Positions 1 to 12,831 of a DNA stretch of 64,000 bases are shown one piece after another. Every line of letters starts with the position of its first letter. Position 1 is the first letter of the stretch. Made by a program: the position numbers and the translations under genes. The notes beneath the pieces were generated by a model that saw only the letters and a list, made by a program, of their open reading frames with translations, did no database searches and was not told where the DNA came from. The DNA comes from Kudoa neothunni (taxonomy: Eukaryota; Animalia; Cnidaria): positions 6,823,252 through 6,887,251 of the forward strand of contig OZ199840.1 in assembly GCA_964304625.1 (NCBI GenBank), written 5' to 3'.

Positions 1-440
1 GAAGAAAGACTGGAAACAGGTGGAGATCGATGTTCATTATTGAACGCCGATCAAAAAAAAGTTTATTCTAATGAGGTGGATGACAACTGTACCCTATCCC
101 TTACATAATTATCTGAACGGGTCTTCGAGAAATACTCCATTCGGGTTCCTCTACAAACCTTCTTCAGGGTCCTGAATGAATTTCACTATACCCTGAAAAA
201 ATATCATTAGTGCTAATGGACAAGAATTCTCTTAGAACTATTTCATTAAGATACGAGTATAAAATTAATGTTGATAATTGGCTTATGGTTTTCTTAGTTA
301 CGTGAACGAATACATCCGCCTGGAACCAGAATATTCCGAAATTCTATTTTTTGACGAATCTAGGTTTTCTCTGTCAATTCGACGTTCTCGAGGCAGATCA
401 CTTACGGGAGCTAGAACAAACTTAAAAGTGAAATCTATTA

Positions 441-1472
441 CAGAGGTGGCCAATTTTAAGGTTACCTCAATTTTCAAGAGCTGCAAGACATTAAAATCAT
501 TTATGTACCCCTTCCTTAGTTAAAACTTATATTTTTGGAAAATTTTTGTAAATATTAAGATATGATGTTGTAGACTTATAAATAAAGGTTTTTCAATTTT
601 TTTATTCAGAGAATCACTGGAAAACTTACATATAATTTTTACAGGCATAACCTATGATGGTTTTTCCAAAAAAGTAGATTAGTAGTTAATAATCCAAGAA
701 ACTCGTTCTCATTGAAAAAGGTCAAAAACTTAATAAAATATTTTTCATATTTAATTATATAAAGTAGTCTGACAAAAAATAAAATTAAATATTTATGAAT
801 AAAGTAATAACATAACATTAGGATTTAATATTTTCGAACGTTTTTTTTAGAAATTGTTTCTAATTTTACAAGTTATTTATGTTTCTGTATTATCAGTGAG
901 CTGATGGTAAGCTGGTTCGTACGTTGTTAACGCTGTACGAATTAGTTCTGTTAGGTGTTTATTTGCGAGAGGAGGTTCCAGATGCTTCGATTGTACAAAC
1001 TTTATTGTTGAATAAATAGACTCATAACAATAAGTTGTTCCAACGGTAGTAACAAATTTGAAGCGAATTTCTTTTAATTTGGAAAATGTAGTTTCCAGAA
1101 CGTATTTCCACAATTCGGTTGGTAAGTTGGAATTACGAGCCATATCTAAAGCTTTAATGCGCGTTTTATTCTTTCGACGTCTATCACTTTGGTAATGGAT
1201 AAACACTAGTTCTACTTGTATTTCCTAATGGAACTAGTAATAATTCAAATTTTCATCAAATCTTAAAACTATACGGTAATTTTTACCTATGTTTTCTAAT
1301 CAAATATATTATTTAGTTTACGATTAGAGAGTTCATTTCTTCACTTGATTAAGCAGTTCAAACTTTGTACTTTTGTGAATAAACGTTACAGTGAATTACA
1401 AAAAATTAAACTAAAAAAAATTTTTTCAAGAGCCATACCATAACGTTCAAAGAGTCACAGTGGCCACCCTTG
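441..1472 (-). mobile_element. Internally deleted hAT (Buster/Charlie-type) element
   Basis: TIRs cagaggtggcca (441) and tggccacccttg (1461-1472). Perfect 8-bp TSD ATCTATTA (433-440 and 1473-1480) with central TA. ORF 877-1206(-) resembles the hAT C-terminal dimerisation region (GTTYCYESIYSTIKF...HLTELIRTALTTYEP). Confidence 0.92.
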
Positions 1473-1623
1473 ATCTATTAGATCCTAAAATATTACGTTA
1501 ATAGCGACCATGAGCAGTAACAAGATTTGAGGATTTAAAATTTACACAGGCGGTGCGAACCAATTTGTTTTTTCCCTCATTTATGAAGGATCTTTTTGGA
1601 AATTTTTAAGCAAATTCAATTAA

Positions 1624-3547
1624 CCCTCCGTCACATGCATGGGGTCCAATGGAGCCACGTGATTTCAATCTGCAAATAGCTATCGTTGTGTTGTTTGTGG
1701 TAGCACTAAAATTAAAATATTCATGTTTTTTTACGTTTTCTTCAAAATGAAAATAGGAAATGGATTTTAGATAATTTTTAAAAGATAATTTTGATGATTT
1801 GTTTTCATCAGACTCGGACACGAGCAGTACTTATTCTGATTTTGATGATTGTTATGATGAAAAAAAGCGACGATTCAAGCTCAGATGTATCGTCAAAAAG
1901 TAATATTATAGAATAAATAAATATTTCTTAAATAAAGGGTTTAGGTGATAGCGAACATTGGTTATACTATAACAATTTTGAATGGAGCTCAAAGCCTGTG
2001 GGATTATTTTCAAGAAAGAGAAAACACGACATTATAACGGATAAATATGAAGTAAAAATTCCTGATGATGTGGAATCTGAGTCTCAAATCTGGAGTTTGC
2101 TTACCACTGGGAACATATTAATTGAAATATTGCAATGTACCAATTACTACCTTCGAAATATCCAACCAAATTACAAACAATCGCGGGTTTGAATGGCATT
2201 TGATATGTGTGAATTAAAAGCTTACATTGGTTTGCACTATTTTCATGCGGTGAAGAAAGCTAATCTTACTCATTTGAATGAATTATGGGCAGATGACGAC
2301 TTTGGTTTTCCAATTTGCAAAAAATATTCAACCAGAATAGACTTTCCTTGTTAAAAAGATGTCTACGTTTTGCAACCGGTTCAAGTAATTCAAATGAAAA
2401 TAATCAAGATAGAGTGTCAAAAATCAGAGATATTTTTAATCAAACAAATTCTAATTTCATCAAATATTATATACTCACCGAATACTAGACGATCGATGAA
2501 ATGCTTAGATCATTCCGGGGTCGCTGTATTTTTAAGCAGTATATACCTTCTAAGCCAGCGAAATATGGAATTAAGATTTTTAACCTGTGTGATTCTTAGA
2601 CTTTTTACACCCTTAATCTTGAAGTTTACCTGGGAGCCCAGAATAGTGTCCCATATAAAGTTGATAACTCATCCCATAGTTTAGTTATGCGCCTGATTCA
2701 ACCAATTCTGGGCTCAGGAAGAAACATCACTGTTGACAACTGGTTTACATCAGTTCGTTTGTTTCAGAGGTTATTAATGAATGGAATAACTGCTCGTGGT
2801 ACCATTAGAAAAAACAAGAAAGAAATACCTCCTGAATTCCTGGCTTCAAAAACACGCGACATATACTCATCTTTTGCATTTACGAAAGATCTAACGTTAG
2901 TGTCTTATGTCCCCAAAAGAAACAAAGCCATTACACTGTTGAGTTCGTTTCACCACAAGTCAACCGTTGATTTGAACCATCCTAAAGAGCTACCAGAGAT
3001 CACCTCTTTTTACAATTCAACAAAAGATGAGTTGATACAATAGATCAAATGTGCGGGAACTACTCTACTTATCGAATTACAAGATGGTCTGTTGTCATAT
3101 TTCATACACTTCTAGATATTGTAGCCATAAATGCATATGTTTATATATTGCATAAAGGCCGATAAAATTATTCGTCGGAAGGGGTTTTAAGTCGTCGAGG
3201 ATGCAATTAATAGTCCTCAATTGAATAAAAATGTTAATACATTGATAATTTGTTTAAACTTAAATTTAGTAGAAATCCAAAAACCTGCCAATATGGAACC
3301 AAATAACTCTCTCGTTGACAGAGAAAGATGCTATTTATGCGCCCGTCTACATGATAAAAAACAAGAACAAGTTGTCAGAAATGCTCAAAATTTGTCTGTA
3401 AAATGCATTTAAATATCATTTGCAATAACTGTTTAAAAAATAATTGATTTACCTAATTATTAGTATTAAATCACTGTTTCTTTTTGATGGAGTCCATGGA
3501 CCCCATGCGTGTAACCGCGTACAGTTTTTCGCGCGTGTGACGAAGGT
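1624..3547 (+). mobile_element. piggyBac transposon with frameshifted transposase pseudogene
   Basis: TIRs ccctccgtcacatgc and gcgtgtgacgaaggt, with subterminal ggggtcca..ggacccc palindromes. Flanks are TTAA (1620-1623) and TTAG (3548-3551). ORF pieces include GRNITVDNWFTS, GTIRKNKKEIP, LVSYVPKRNK and a Cys-rich C-terminus. Confidence 0.93.
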
Positions 3548-4214
3548 TTAGAAAAGCCATTTTAATCATGGATAACGTGTCATTCCACAAAACTGAAATT
3601 GTAAAGGCATTGATTGAAAACAGCCTCATAAATTGTTGCTGTTACTACCCTATTCGCTATTCCTTAATCCAACTGAGGAGGTATTTGGACAACTTAAATC
3701 CATTGTGAAACGGATGGGACCCAAAACACATTCAAAGCTACTCAAATGTACCTGAAAAAGTCCAGAAGAAAGAACAGAAAACGAACTGTGAGAATTATGT
3801 GAAGCATTCAAAATCTTATTTCTCGGCTTCCTTGAAAGGGAAGAAATTAACAATTAGAAATACAAAAAATATACATGATTAAAATTTATAACATCTGTTA
3901 TTTCAGCGTTACATTACTTTTTTTAAAATTTTAAGTGACATTTGTAAAAGTAAGTGTAACATTTTAATAGATATGTGCCATGTTTGCATCTCGGTCGTGA
4001 AATACAGTACTTTTCTCTTTATGTTATCGGAAAAACAAACAACTAGTTTAAATTCACAATCATCATTTTATTATTAAACAAGTGTGGTGTCAAGAAAACA
4101 AGTAATGTAAATATTTAGACAAACCCTATAGCACATATCCTGTCCAAGTCATAATCGAGCATTTTACTGGGTAGGACCTCTAAAATTAAATTAACCCAAC
4201 CAGTATGCGTCAAC

Positions 4215-4687
4215 TTACTCTCCACCAGGAATCATCTATTAGTTATTTAATTAATTAAGAAAGAAAGAAAGAAAGAAAATAATAATAATAATTACCATTG
4301 TGATATTATTTCCATTCAAAAGAATGCAATCCAATTGAGTTTTTTTATCAATTTGTGAGCTACATTACACTAGAAAGAAAGATTGTTAGGTTGGATTAAA
4401 GAGCAAATAAAAAAAATACTATTCAGTCACGTCACTCAATACCATATCTAAATGCAATGGTTCAATTATTGCCACTTTAATACAACGACTAGTACTGATG
4501 TAATCGTCGAAACCCTTGAGTGTTCCAACAATTTCTTTGTTATTTTTCATAATAACATGTATTTTTGAACCGATACATTTATCGATTAATTCTAAATACA
4601 AAACGTGTGTTTTAGAAGCGATTAATTCTGTTAAAATATACCTAAAGGTAAAAGCTGAGTTCCAAGTCTAGCGCTGTCTTCAGCCAT
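4215..4687 (-). CDS. LSM5: U6 snRNA-associated Sm-like protein LSm5 (5 exons)
   Basis: Manual splicing at GT-AG introns (e.g. 4592-4641) gives [84 protein letters not shown], which carries LSm5 signature motifs. Confidence 0.95.
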
Positions 4688-5171
4688 GTTTTTTATTTGC
4701 GCATGCCAAGTTCCTAAAACAAACTTCCATTAAAATATAACATTATCTACCTACCTAAACGTTCATCGATCACCATTTGGTTATTGGTTTATAATGTTTA
4801 AAAAATCAGGATTGAATTAGTCAACTAACTTTTTGTAGCTGGACTACATCAGCTACGTTGACGACTTCAGTTTAGAACTTGAGTAAAATCACTCTAACCA
4901 CTGCAAAACCCAACAAGATTTAAGCTGATTTCAACCAACCCACTGGTTCTAACCTTTTGTGGCATAATGGAGCGAATCAATCCAAACTTGAGTTTGAATG
5001 CGCTGTACACTGAGTGAAAAGAATAACCCACCCAGCACCTTGATTTAAATTGTTTCGGTAAATCCATTTGGTCAACAAGACATGCCGTTATGATAGTAAT
5101 AACAGAAAAACAACTTTTTGAATCAATAAACAAATTAAGTCTAACAAAGTCTAACGACTAAATTGTAATTG

Positions 5172-5425
5172 TTAAACTTTGATTCTTCTGGCTTCTCTTT
5201 CAGTCTCCATCAAAATAATAACATCGCCCTCTCTAACAGGACCTTTCACATTTCTTAGTAGGGTACGTTTGTCGTGTTCGGACAACAACTCAACTCTAAC
5301 TTGTGTACATTGACCTTGGGAACCAGTTCTTCCAAGAACTTTGATAACCTATAAGTGTGTTTGGTTGAAAAATACTAGATCCCATTTTTGAAAAGGCTCA
5401 CTTTTGCAAAAACTTCTTTATCCAT
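5172..5425 (-). CDS. RPS28: 40S ribosomal protein S28 (eS28), 2 exons; absent from the ORF track
   Basis: With intron 5349-5401 removed: [66 protein letters not shown]. Confidence 0.97.
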
Positions 5426-5861
5426 CACCAAGCTTCAGTTGAACGATTTAGCACGTTGGACCGACAACAGACCGATTGCATCCGACATCCACGTTTTTTC
5501 TTGATGTTAGCTATCGATCTTTGTTTAGGTTGTTGTTTAATTTTTTTGTAATTTTTAAAGTTAATAAATTACAAAATTAGAATTAGGGATTATTTCATAC
5601 CTATTGCTAATTGTTACCGTTAAAATTAAGTAAATTAAATGAACTGAAGCTATGTTTGCATCGTCATTCCATCTGATCCACGGTTTCAATATATTTAAGA
5701 ATGTTACAAAATTGCCCTACGATTTATTGTTAATGAAATAATTTTATTTAGATACTTTTTTATTATCAACGTATGTTAATAGTGAGATTAAATGGTTTTA
5801 ATTCTTATATAAAAATTTTAACAATTATCTACTGAAGAGAACACGCTAAAAATAATGATAA

Positions 5862-7753
5862 CTAGTGCGAACTACCCAGCGTTTCTTGGGAACGATTTCG
5901 TATAGAGACCTTTCTTAACTACATTCAAAAAATCAACCTAAAGAACAGTGTTTCCCTACAAATTTTACACTCGTACCCTCGTGCTAATTTCCTCACTCAC
6001 TTCGCATCACCTCCTCCATGTAAGAGTCAAGGCTTTATTTTACCTATTATTTAAATGCGAATATAATAATATCAATAAAAAACGTTTTTAAATTATACTT
6101 TTTAATATTTTAGATGATACTAGCGCAAAAGCCCCGCTTCGCGAAGGCTTCCTTGCCCAGCCAAATAGGCTAACACCTCTGGTGCAGACTGTAGCCTTTT
6201 TGATTTTTAAGTAAATAGCGCTAATGCCCAGTTTTGCTTGGTACAGTGTGATGGAAAATTTTAACTTTAATTTTATTTTTCTATTTTAAATTATGCATTT
6301 TAAAGCTTGTCATTATTTTTGCAATGTGATGATTTAGAAAAACAAAATTATGCCCCCACTTTATATTCAATATAAATAGAGGTATTGAGGGAAATTAATG
6401 AGTATTTTTAAGTTTATTTCACAAATTATTGGCCAAAACTATGATGACCTTAATTTTATGAGCAATTTAATTAACGATTAAAGTTCAGTTATTTATTAAA
6501 AAATCATTAAGTAACTTAAATAGGACTTTCAGTTCCTTTCAAAATTTTGAGATAAAAATTAATCCTTCTAGTTATAAAATTTATTATTAGCCTACAAACG
6601 ATAAAAAAGATAAAATCAACCTAAGATGCTTCCGAAATATAAATATTAATTGTTATTCCTTTTTTCGCAATTTTATAATGATGCCAATGATGTTTTGAAA
6701 AGCTGTGAGCAGTAACTTACGTATTCATTATTGTAACAAAATTTCCCTACTTATAAATAAATCCAACATTGCTTTTTATCAAGAATACTTACTGGTTCAA
6801 AAATATACACATTTAATTAACAAAATACGATTAAATCAAAAATGTAAAGGTGTTTTTGGTTTGAAAAATTGCAGTAATGCTTAAACATCAACTGGTTTTC
6901 TTGAAGGATGCACCCTTTTAAAAATTAACGTACTGTTTGACTCCCCTAAAAAAATCTCTTCGTATTGAACTATTCTTAGATTAACGAAAATTTTGTGAAA
7001 ATATCGGTTAGATCGAATAGACCAATAATTTCTTATTAATTTACATGGCACGCATTGAGAAGGGACTGTATTTTTATGCAGCTTTTATATCATAATGAAT
7101 TAATGCGAGCCTAAAGAAAACAACATATTGATTTGAATATTAACCTCAAGGTCCAGGGTAAGGAATAATTAGGATACATATGGAGACTCAAATTATTCCG
7201 ACGTGGCAACAACTTGTTATCTCAAATTATGTGTTTTATTTAAAATGATCATAATCTATTTTGCTTAAATATATCCATGACGCTCGGAAAGAGAAAATAC
7301 ATACCAAATAACTTGTTTATGCTTCAAATTTTAAGGGAAATGCGACAACTCTTGTAAATGTGACGTTAATAGTTTTATTTGTCTCAAAATTTCTCCGAGC
7401 AGGCATACGTAAAATTTTTAGAACATTCTACACCATAATTAAGAGACTCTGTTTCTATATAATGAGTAAAAGTTCATTTTATTTGGCTATCAATCAGAAG
7501 TAAACAAGCATCAATATTATGCAGGTGTTTTTTATCTGCTATTTGTGTAGACAATCAGAAAATACCTTACTTCGGAATGTGTTATTGACTATATTTATAC
7601 TTCTAAGTGAATGATCGATTTTCATTAATGGTTTTATCTATTCAAATACAAACTTACAGCTATATTTAAAGAAAATTTCTCCGTGGCACATGCGTACTAC
7701 TGCAAACTGACACACACACACGGACACTACTACTTTATATATATAGATATAGA
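5862..7753 (-). mobile_element. Non-autonomous Helitron composite with two 3' ends
   Basis: Minus-strand 5' end TCTATA(TC)TATATATAAAG...gtgtccgtgtgtgtgtcag. GC-rich hairpin plus CTAG-T termini at 6120 and 5862. Termini are homologous to copies at 53564-54699 and 57013-58862. Confidence 0.75.
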
Positions 7754-8539
7754 TTTTAACTTCCAGAATTATTTTTAAAATGCATCAATCGAAACAAAAA
7801 ATTTTTGATCAACTCAATTTTCTACGCACAATTGAAAAAGAAAATATATCTTTTCCAGCCCCATGATTTAACACTCAACGATTGAAGCTATTATTTATTC
7901 CTGTTTGAACATACCATTTTTATGTAAAGCAATAAACAATTCTGACTGAAAAATGTTATTATAATTATTTCGAAATATTAGAAACAACGAATTTATATAA
8001 AAGTAATACTGGATTATACTAATAAAAATTATAGTCACTTGATTAAGTTCTATACTTAGAGGAGCAATTTAAATATGTCAAATAATTATAACCAATCAAT
8101 ATAGTTTACGAAAAACTCACCATTTCAAACAAAAATGTTATTTGGTGTTTAATTGAGCTGGCGGGTTTCTAGCTCTTGCCAGTTTTTGATAAGTAATTCA
8201 AAGAGTGGAACATTTTTGGGAAATGATACTTGTAAATCGTTTGGGGGTTCAACGAATTCCGATACTTATTATTTTTGTACGATAGAGTCAAGAAGCCTGC
8301 CCATATATCATCCTGTGCGGAAAACTTGGCGAATTCCTTATTCTTTATTGAGTCAGATTTTAAATTACACATTGAGGAAATGGGTTCAGAAAAATTCAGA
8401 AAATTTAGAACAGATGCCTTCTTAATGTAACTGAATAAAAAAACTAATTATTCTATTAAAATAGACATTCGTTTATTTAATTATATAAATAGATGCTCTG
8501 ATTTTTGCTGTAACAAAATTTTTAAAGATAATTTAGTTA

Positions 8540-9069
8540 AAATTCACATTAGAGACCAGGTACAAATTCGCGTACAAAACCTAAAATGTAGCATAATAAA
8601 GAATTTTCAATTGAACGGTGGATTTCAAATTTAGGCAAAGGACAAAGTTTAAACCTTATCGTAATTTTATTTTCAAGGATCCAATTTATTTCTAAATAGA
8701 TAAAAATGCCGATAACCTAGTTACAGCATAAGCATAAAAATATGTTACTTTGAAGGACAACACAGTTACGATTTTACATGATAATAACGAGTGATAGATT
8801 TTTTAGGCTGAATAGGCTTAATATAAACTATTGCTTTACTGCCCCATTTCGTAGAATTAAGTAAAACAAATTATAAATTTAATAAATTTTCCTATCTCAT
8901 TTTTTGAATAGAAAAAAATTGATGACAAAATAACTAATATTATTATTACACGCATGGCGTCCTTATATGATTTAAACGGGGACTACCAAAAATTACGAAA
9001 TGAATACATTAAGATTAATTTTTAAATTTATTCTAGAATGACTCCCGCATCCCGTGTAGAGAAACACTG
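8540..9069. mobile_element. hAT-like MITE fragment, second copy at ~31080-31608
   Basis: About 500 bp of direct similarity between the two loci, both ending in gactcccgcatccc...gaaacactg (hAT-type TIR). Left boundary approximate. Confidence 0.6.
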
Positions 9070-9129
9070 CTATAGAAGCAATAAAACTAAAAAAAATTTC
9101 AAGCACCTTAATTAATGACTTGGATTTTG

Positions 9130-9600
9130 AATTTTAAATCCTGATCATTTCAGTGCATGGATGTACTATAATCCCGGTGTTAAATTAACGATTACGTTGC
9201 CCGGCACCAACGCTAAATAATTTAAGGTTCACGTCATATTTTTCTACATTCTCGAATTATTAAAACTACCTTAAAGTGTTAGCTAAAACGTTATTTTTTT
9301 GCCCGGGGATTTTTCAAAATCGATTCTGGCCCGGCTCGAAAAGTTTTCGCCATATTTTTTTGGGAAGTAAAGAAAGATATAGAGATGGAAGGAAATTTAC
9401 GAAAATTGATTTTTATTACTCAAATTAATATCTTTTTGCCTGGCGCACTCTTTCCCAAGAACACATACGAATCGTGTCAATATCAACATAATTATTTTAA
9501 ATAATAAGACGGAATAAAAATAAACCGCCTGCATTGAATTCAATCACGGAAAATTCAACTTTGCGAACGATTTCAACTAAATTTACGGACATTTGCTTTT
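9130..9600 (-). mobile_element. Internal fragment of the local Helitron family
   Basis: Collinear similarity to 53720-54170 (gcccggcaccaacg, ctcaaattaatatct, tgcattgaatt..aatcac, cgatttcaa..aaat.tacggac). Confidence 0.65.
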
Positions 9601-11219
9601 TGACAATATAAGACTTTATCGATCGAAATTATGCTGTAAACAAAACAATTTAACAAAACTATTCAGTAACCTAATGCATTGTAACTTACTGTGCTTTTGG
9701 ATTATTTTTCGAAACAAATCAAATCCTGACGTTATAAACTTGAAGATACAAGTCTAAAAATTATAAGAAATAAAATGTATAAAAATGCAAATTTAGACAT
9801 TTATAAGCATAACGTCCATATTACTTTTTTCAGATAACTTTGTGAAGGATCCTTATTTGATTTTAACCGAACGTCTGTGAGCGGAAAATTAGAGTTTCGA
9901 TATTTTAACGAGATTTTTAAACTTTTAAATCAATCTATCCATCCTTCTTCAGACAAACGCCATTTAGTCCAAAGAATCAATCAACCGTATATAAAAAATT
10001 ATGATTTAATTGATGATTTGCATGTGCTCTTAGCTTGAAAATATACAGTTATGATTCAAAGTCTACCGATTTTCTCGATTTAAGGTTTTCATTTAAAGAT
10101 GAACATATTATTCAATCGTTTTGGAATAATTTTTTTAATTAGCTGTTTCCAAATTAATGAAAACTTTTTAATATTATCGGCTTGATAGAATAAACCATTA
10201 GTTTCTTATTTACTAACAGATTAACGATTTACAAAAAAGAGTGTCTTTTTAATGATAATAGTTGATCCAGATTCCAAAACTATCTGTAGCATAAATTAAT
10301 CATATTTCTATACAATTCTTCCTGTTACACACATTTCTTTTTCGAAAACTTTTTAACTTTTGTTTTTATCACAAAAAAATAACTGAGATTTACTAGCTTT
10401 TAGACCAATAAAAATTAACTTGTAAATCGGAAATAAATCTTAAGTCGAGCACATTCCGATGCACGTAAAGTCTTCATGTTGTTGAGAAATACATCAAAGC
10501 AATTTATATTTTTCCATAATTTTAAAATTATTCTTATTCAAAAATCGTTAATCGATTTTTTTTATTTGTATCTGTTAATAACAAGTGTGTAAAGGTCCAA
10601 TCTTGTGACTTGGTATTCTAAAAACAGAACGTTCTGATTTATTCTATTCACAATTAGAACGAAGATTTTTAAATTTAACGATAGTATTTTCCAATGAATT
10701 TTTTAGGTTGTAAATTATTTTGATATTTTATTCTTGCTAAAAAAAATTTGTTCCAAAATTCAAACATTAGAATTGTTAATTTATTTTATTTAGTTATCTT
10801 TTCATTTACATACATTTATTAACTCGTAAAAAATATTTAATGAGTATTTTTCAAGTAAAATTAACTTTAAAATAAAGTAATCGTCACAAATCCAAGTTTA
10901 CGATTTTATAGTAATTAAAGATCAGTCAATCATAGAGGTAATGCATGTTTGGAGCATTTTTTAAACTACTCATCTTAACAAATTAATAATGATATAGAAT
11001 CTAAAAATAAACATTTTATAATAAGATTTTCGTTATAAGATGTAACTTTACGTCATTTTCTATCTATTAAAATACCAAAGTATAATATGTGAATACATGA
11101 TCTATTAAGATTTCTTGGCCGTAAATTGTTTCTATTCATATAGTGTGTTCATATAAATGTATGTTTGAAGAAAGAAGACACTAATATTAATATTAATGAG
11201 TTGATTTTAATTTTTTTAA

Positions 11220-12831
11220 GACAGTGGCTATTCACGTGGAAATGAATAACTCCTCCAGTATAGGCGATATTTTAAATCTGACTTCATATTTGAATTGAGC
11301 TATTTTTAATCTACTTTTTTATGTAAAAATTATTTGAAATTGAAAGAATAAAAATTCAACACTTTGCCTGCCCTATTTACACTGTTCATTAGTAGTACAC
11401 TCACGTTTTTGAGTCTAATATTATGTAATATAAACAGTATAATTGAAATGAAAAGTAAAAACATTTATTAATAAGTAGAAACTGTTCTGTTCATGCATTC
11501 TTGTGTCACCCACCATGTCTGAATATGCGCGTGAATCCTATTTGGTTGTGGGACGCTCTATTTCGTGAGACTATTCGTAAATTTAAAAAAAACTTTGAAA
11601 TAGCTGAAATCTATAGGACAAGTTTATACAGTATATTAAATTTTAGAAGAGAAATTTAAGCTTTTGTAAGATATAAAATAACAATTGCATGGAATAAGCC
11701 TGAAAAGTGGTGTCATTATTGCTTCCTATGAAGCGCTTTTAAATTGATTTTCTCAAACTTATACCTTTTATTAAAAAATAATATTGTACTGTTAAAATTT
11801 CAAATGTGGTTATTTTGGAGAAACTTTTCGGGCGCACAGCTAAACAACCATGTCGGGTGGATAAGTTGATCAATTCTTCATTGGAGTGAAAATTGATTTT
11901 TCTGAACTATAAAAATTACACATCCCTCAGTATCAGGAAATAAATGTTTACAATCTTAAAATGAAATTTTTCAGAACAATTCAAAATGCTCAAGGACGAA
12001 TTAACCGTTATTTTAACTCCGACATTGTTTATTATAATACTTACTACATTTCTTCGTTGGCTCGCTTTACAAAAGCCAAACAAACGTACCCCAAAAATCA
12101 CCATTCAAAAATTTTCATTTTATAAATCTACCCCTTGAGACGATACCAGAGGAATTAGTGCAGAAAATTCAGAATCACCCTGCTTGTTAAAAATTGATAA
12201 TTGAGTTTAAATCAACAAGTATAGGTTTACTCTTAAATTTAAACTCATAGGTTCCTGTATTTATAAGTTCTGTATTCACGAGTAGGCACCATGAAAATCT
12301 TTCTCGTACTTCTGATTAAAGTAAATACATTTGTAGGGATAAAACAACGAAAATTCACCGAAATTATGGTACAATCTTACAGATACATATGAAAAGTGGT
12401 TTACATCGGTGTAAAATGGTTTGAATCCAATTAATATCCATTAATTGCCGACAATTTTGTTAAATTTATATTAAAAAATGTTTAGATAGAAACATACACG
12501 TTTCGTAAATGATTGGAGATGACTTATTCTAAGTTAACTGCGTGCGTTGAAAACGTATTAAACTAAAGGTTTCTAACCATGATTAGATATGTTTACGTTT
12601 CATTTCAATTATAATGTTTATGTTACCTAATATTAGACTAAAAAACGTGAGTGTACTACTAATGAACAGTGTAAATAGGGCAGGCAAAGTGTTGAATTTT
12701 TATTCTTTCAATTTCAAATAATTTTTACATAAAAAAGTAGATTAAAAATAGCTCAATTCAAATATGAAGTCAGATTTAAAATATCGCCTATACTGGAGGA
12801 GTTATTCATTTCCACGTGAATAGCCACTGCC
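11220..12831. mobile_element. Non-autonomous Mutator-like element (MULE) with long TIRs
   Basis: 11222-11410 is the exact reverse complement of 12641-12829 (189 bp), with degenerate similarity extending to ~240 bp. Perfect 9-bp TSD TTTTTTTAA (11211-11219 and 12832-12840). Confidence 0.92.

Larger units (their letters stand above)
1..4008 (+). mobile_element. Decayed IS630/Tc1-mariner superfamily transposon (DD~34E transposase pseudogene), split by a nested hAT (441-1472) and a piggyBac (1624-3547); 5' part lies outside the window
   Basis: Removing the two inserts restores ...FHYTLKK...ILFFDESRF...LKVKSI|RS*NITLIA...NSI|RKAILIMDNVSFHK...FLNPTEEVFGQLK, which contains the three catalytic motifs with stops and frameshifts. 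The right end (~4008, aaatacagta) is tentative. Confidence 0.85.

Noticed and set aside
4894-5133. 79-aa ORF between LSM5 and RPS28
   Set aside because: Non-ATG start and no recognisable motif; the region is better explained as structured non-coding sequence.
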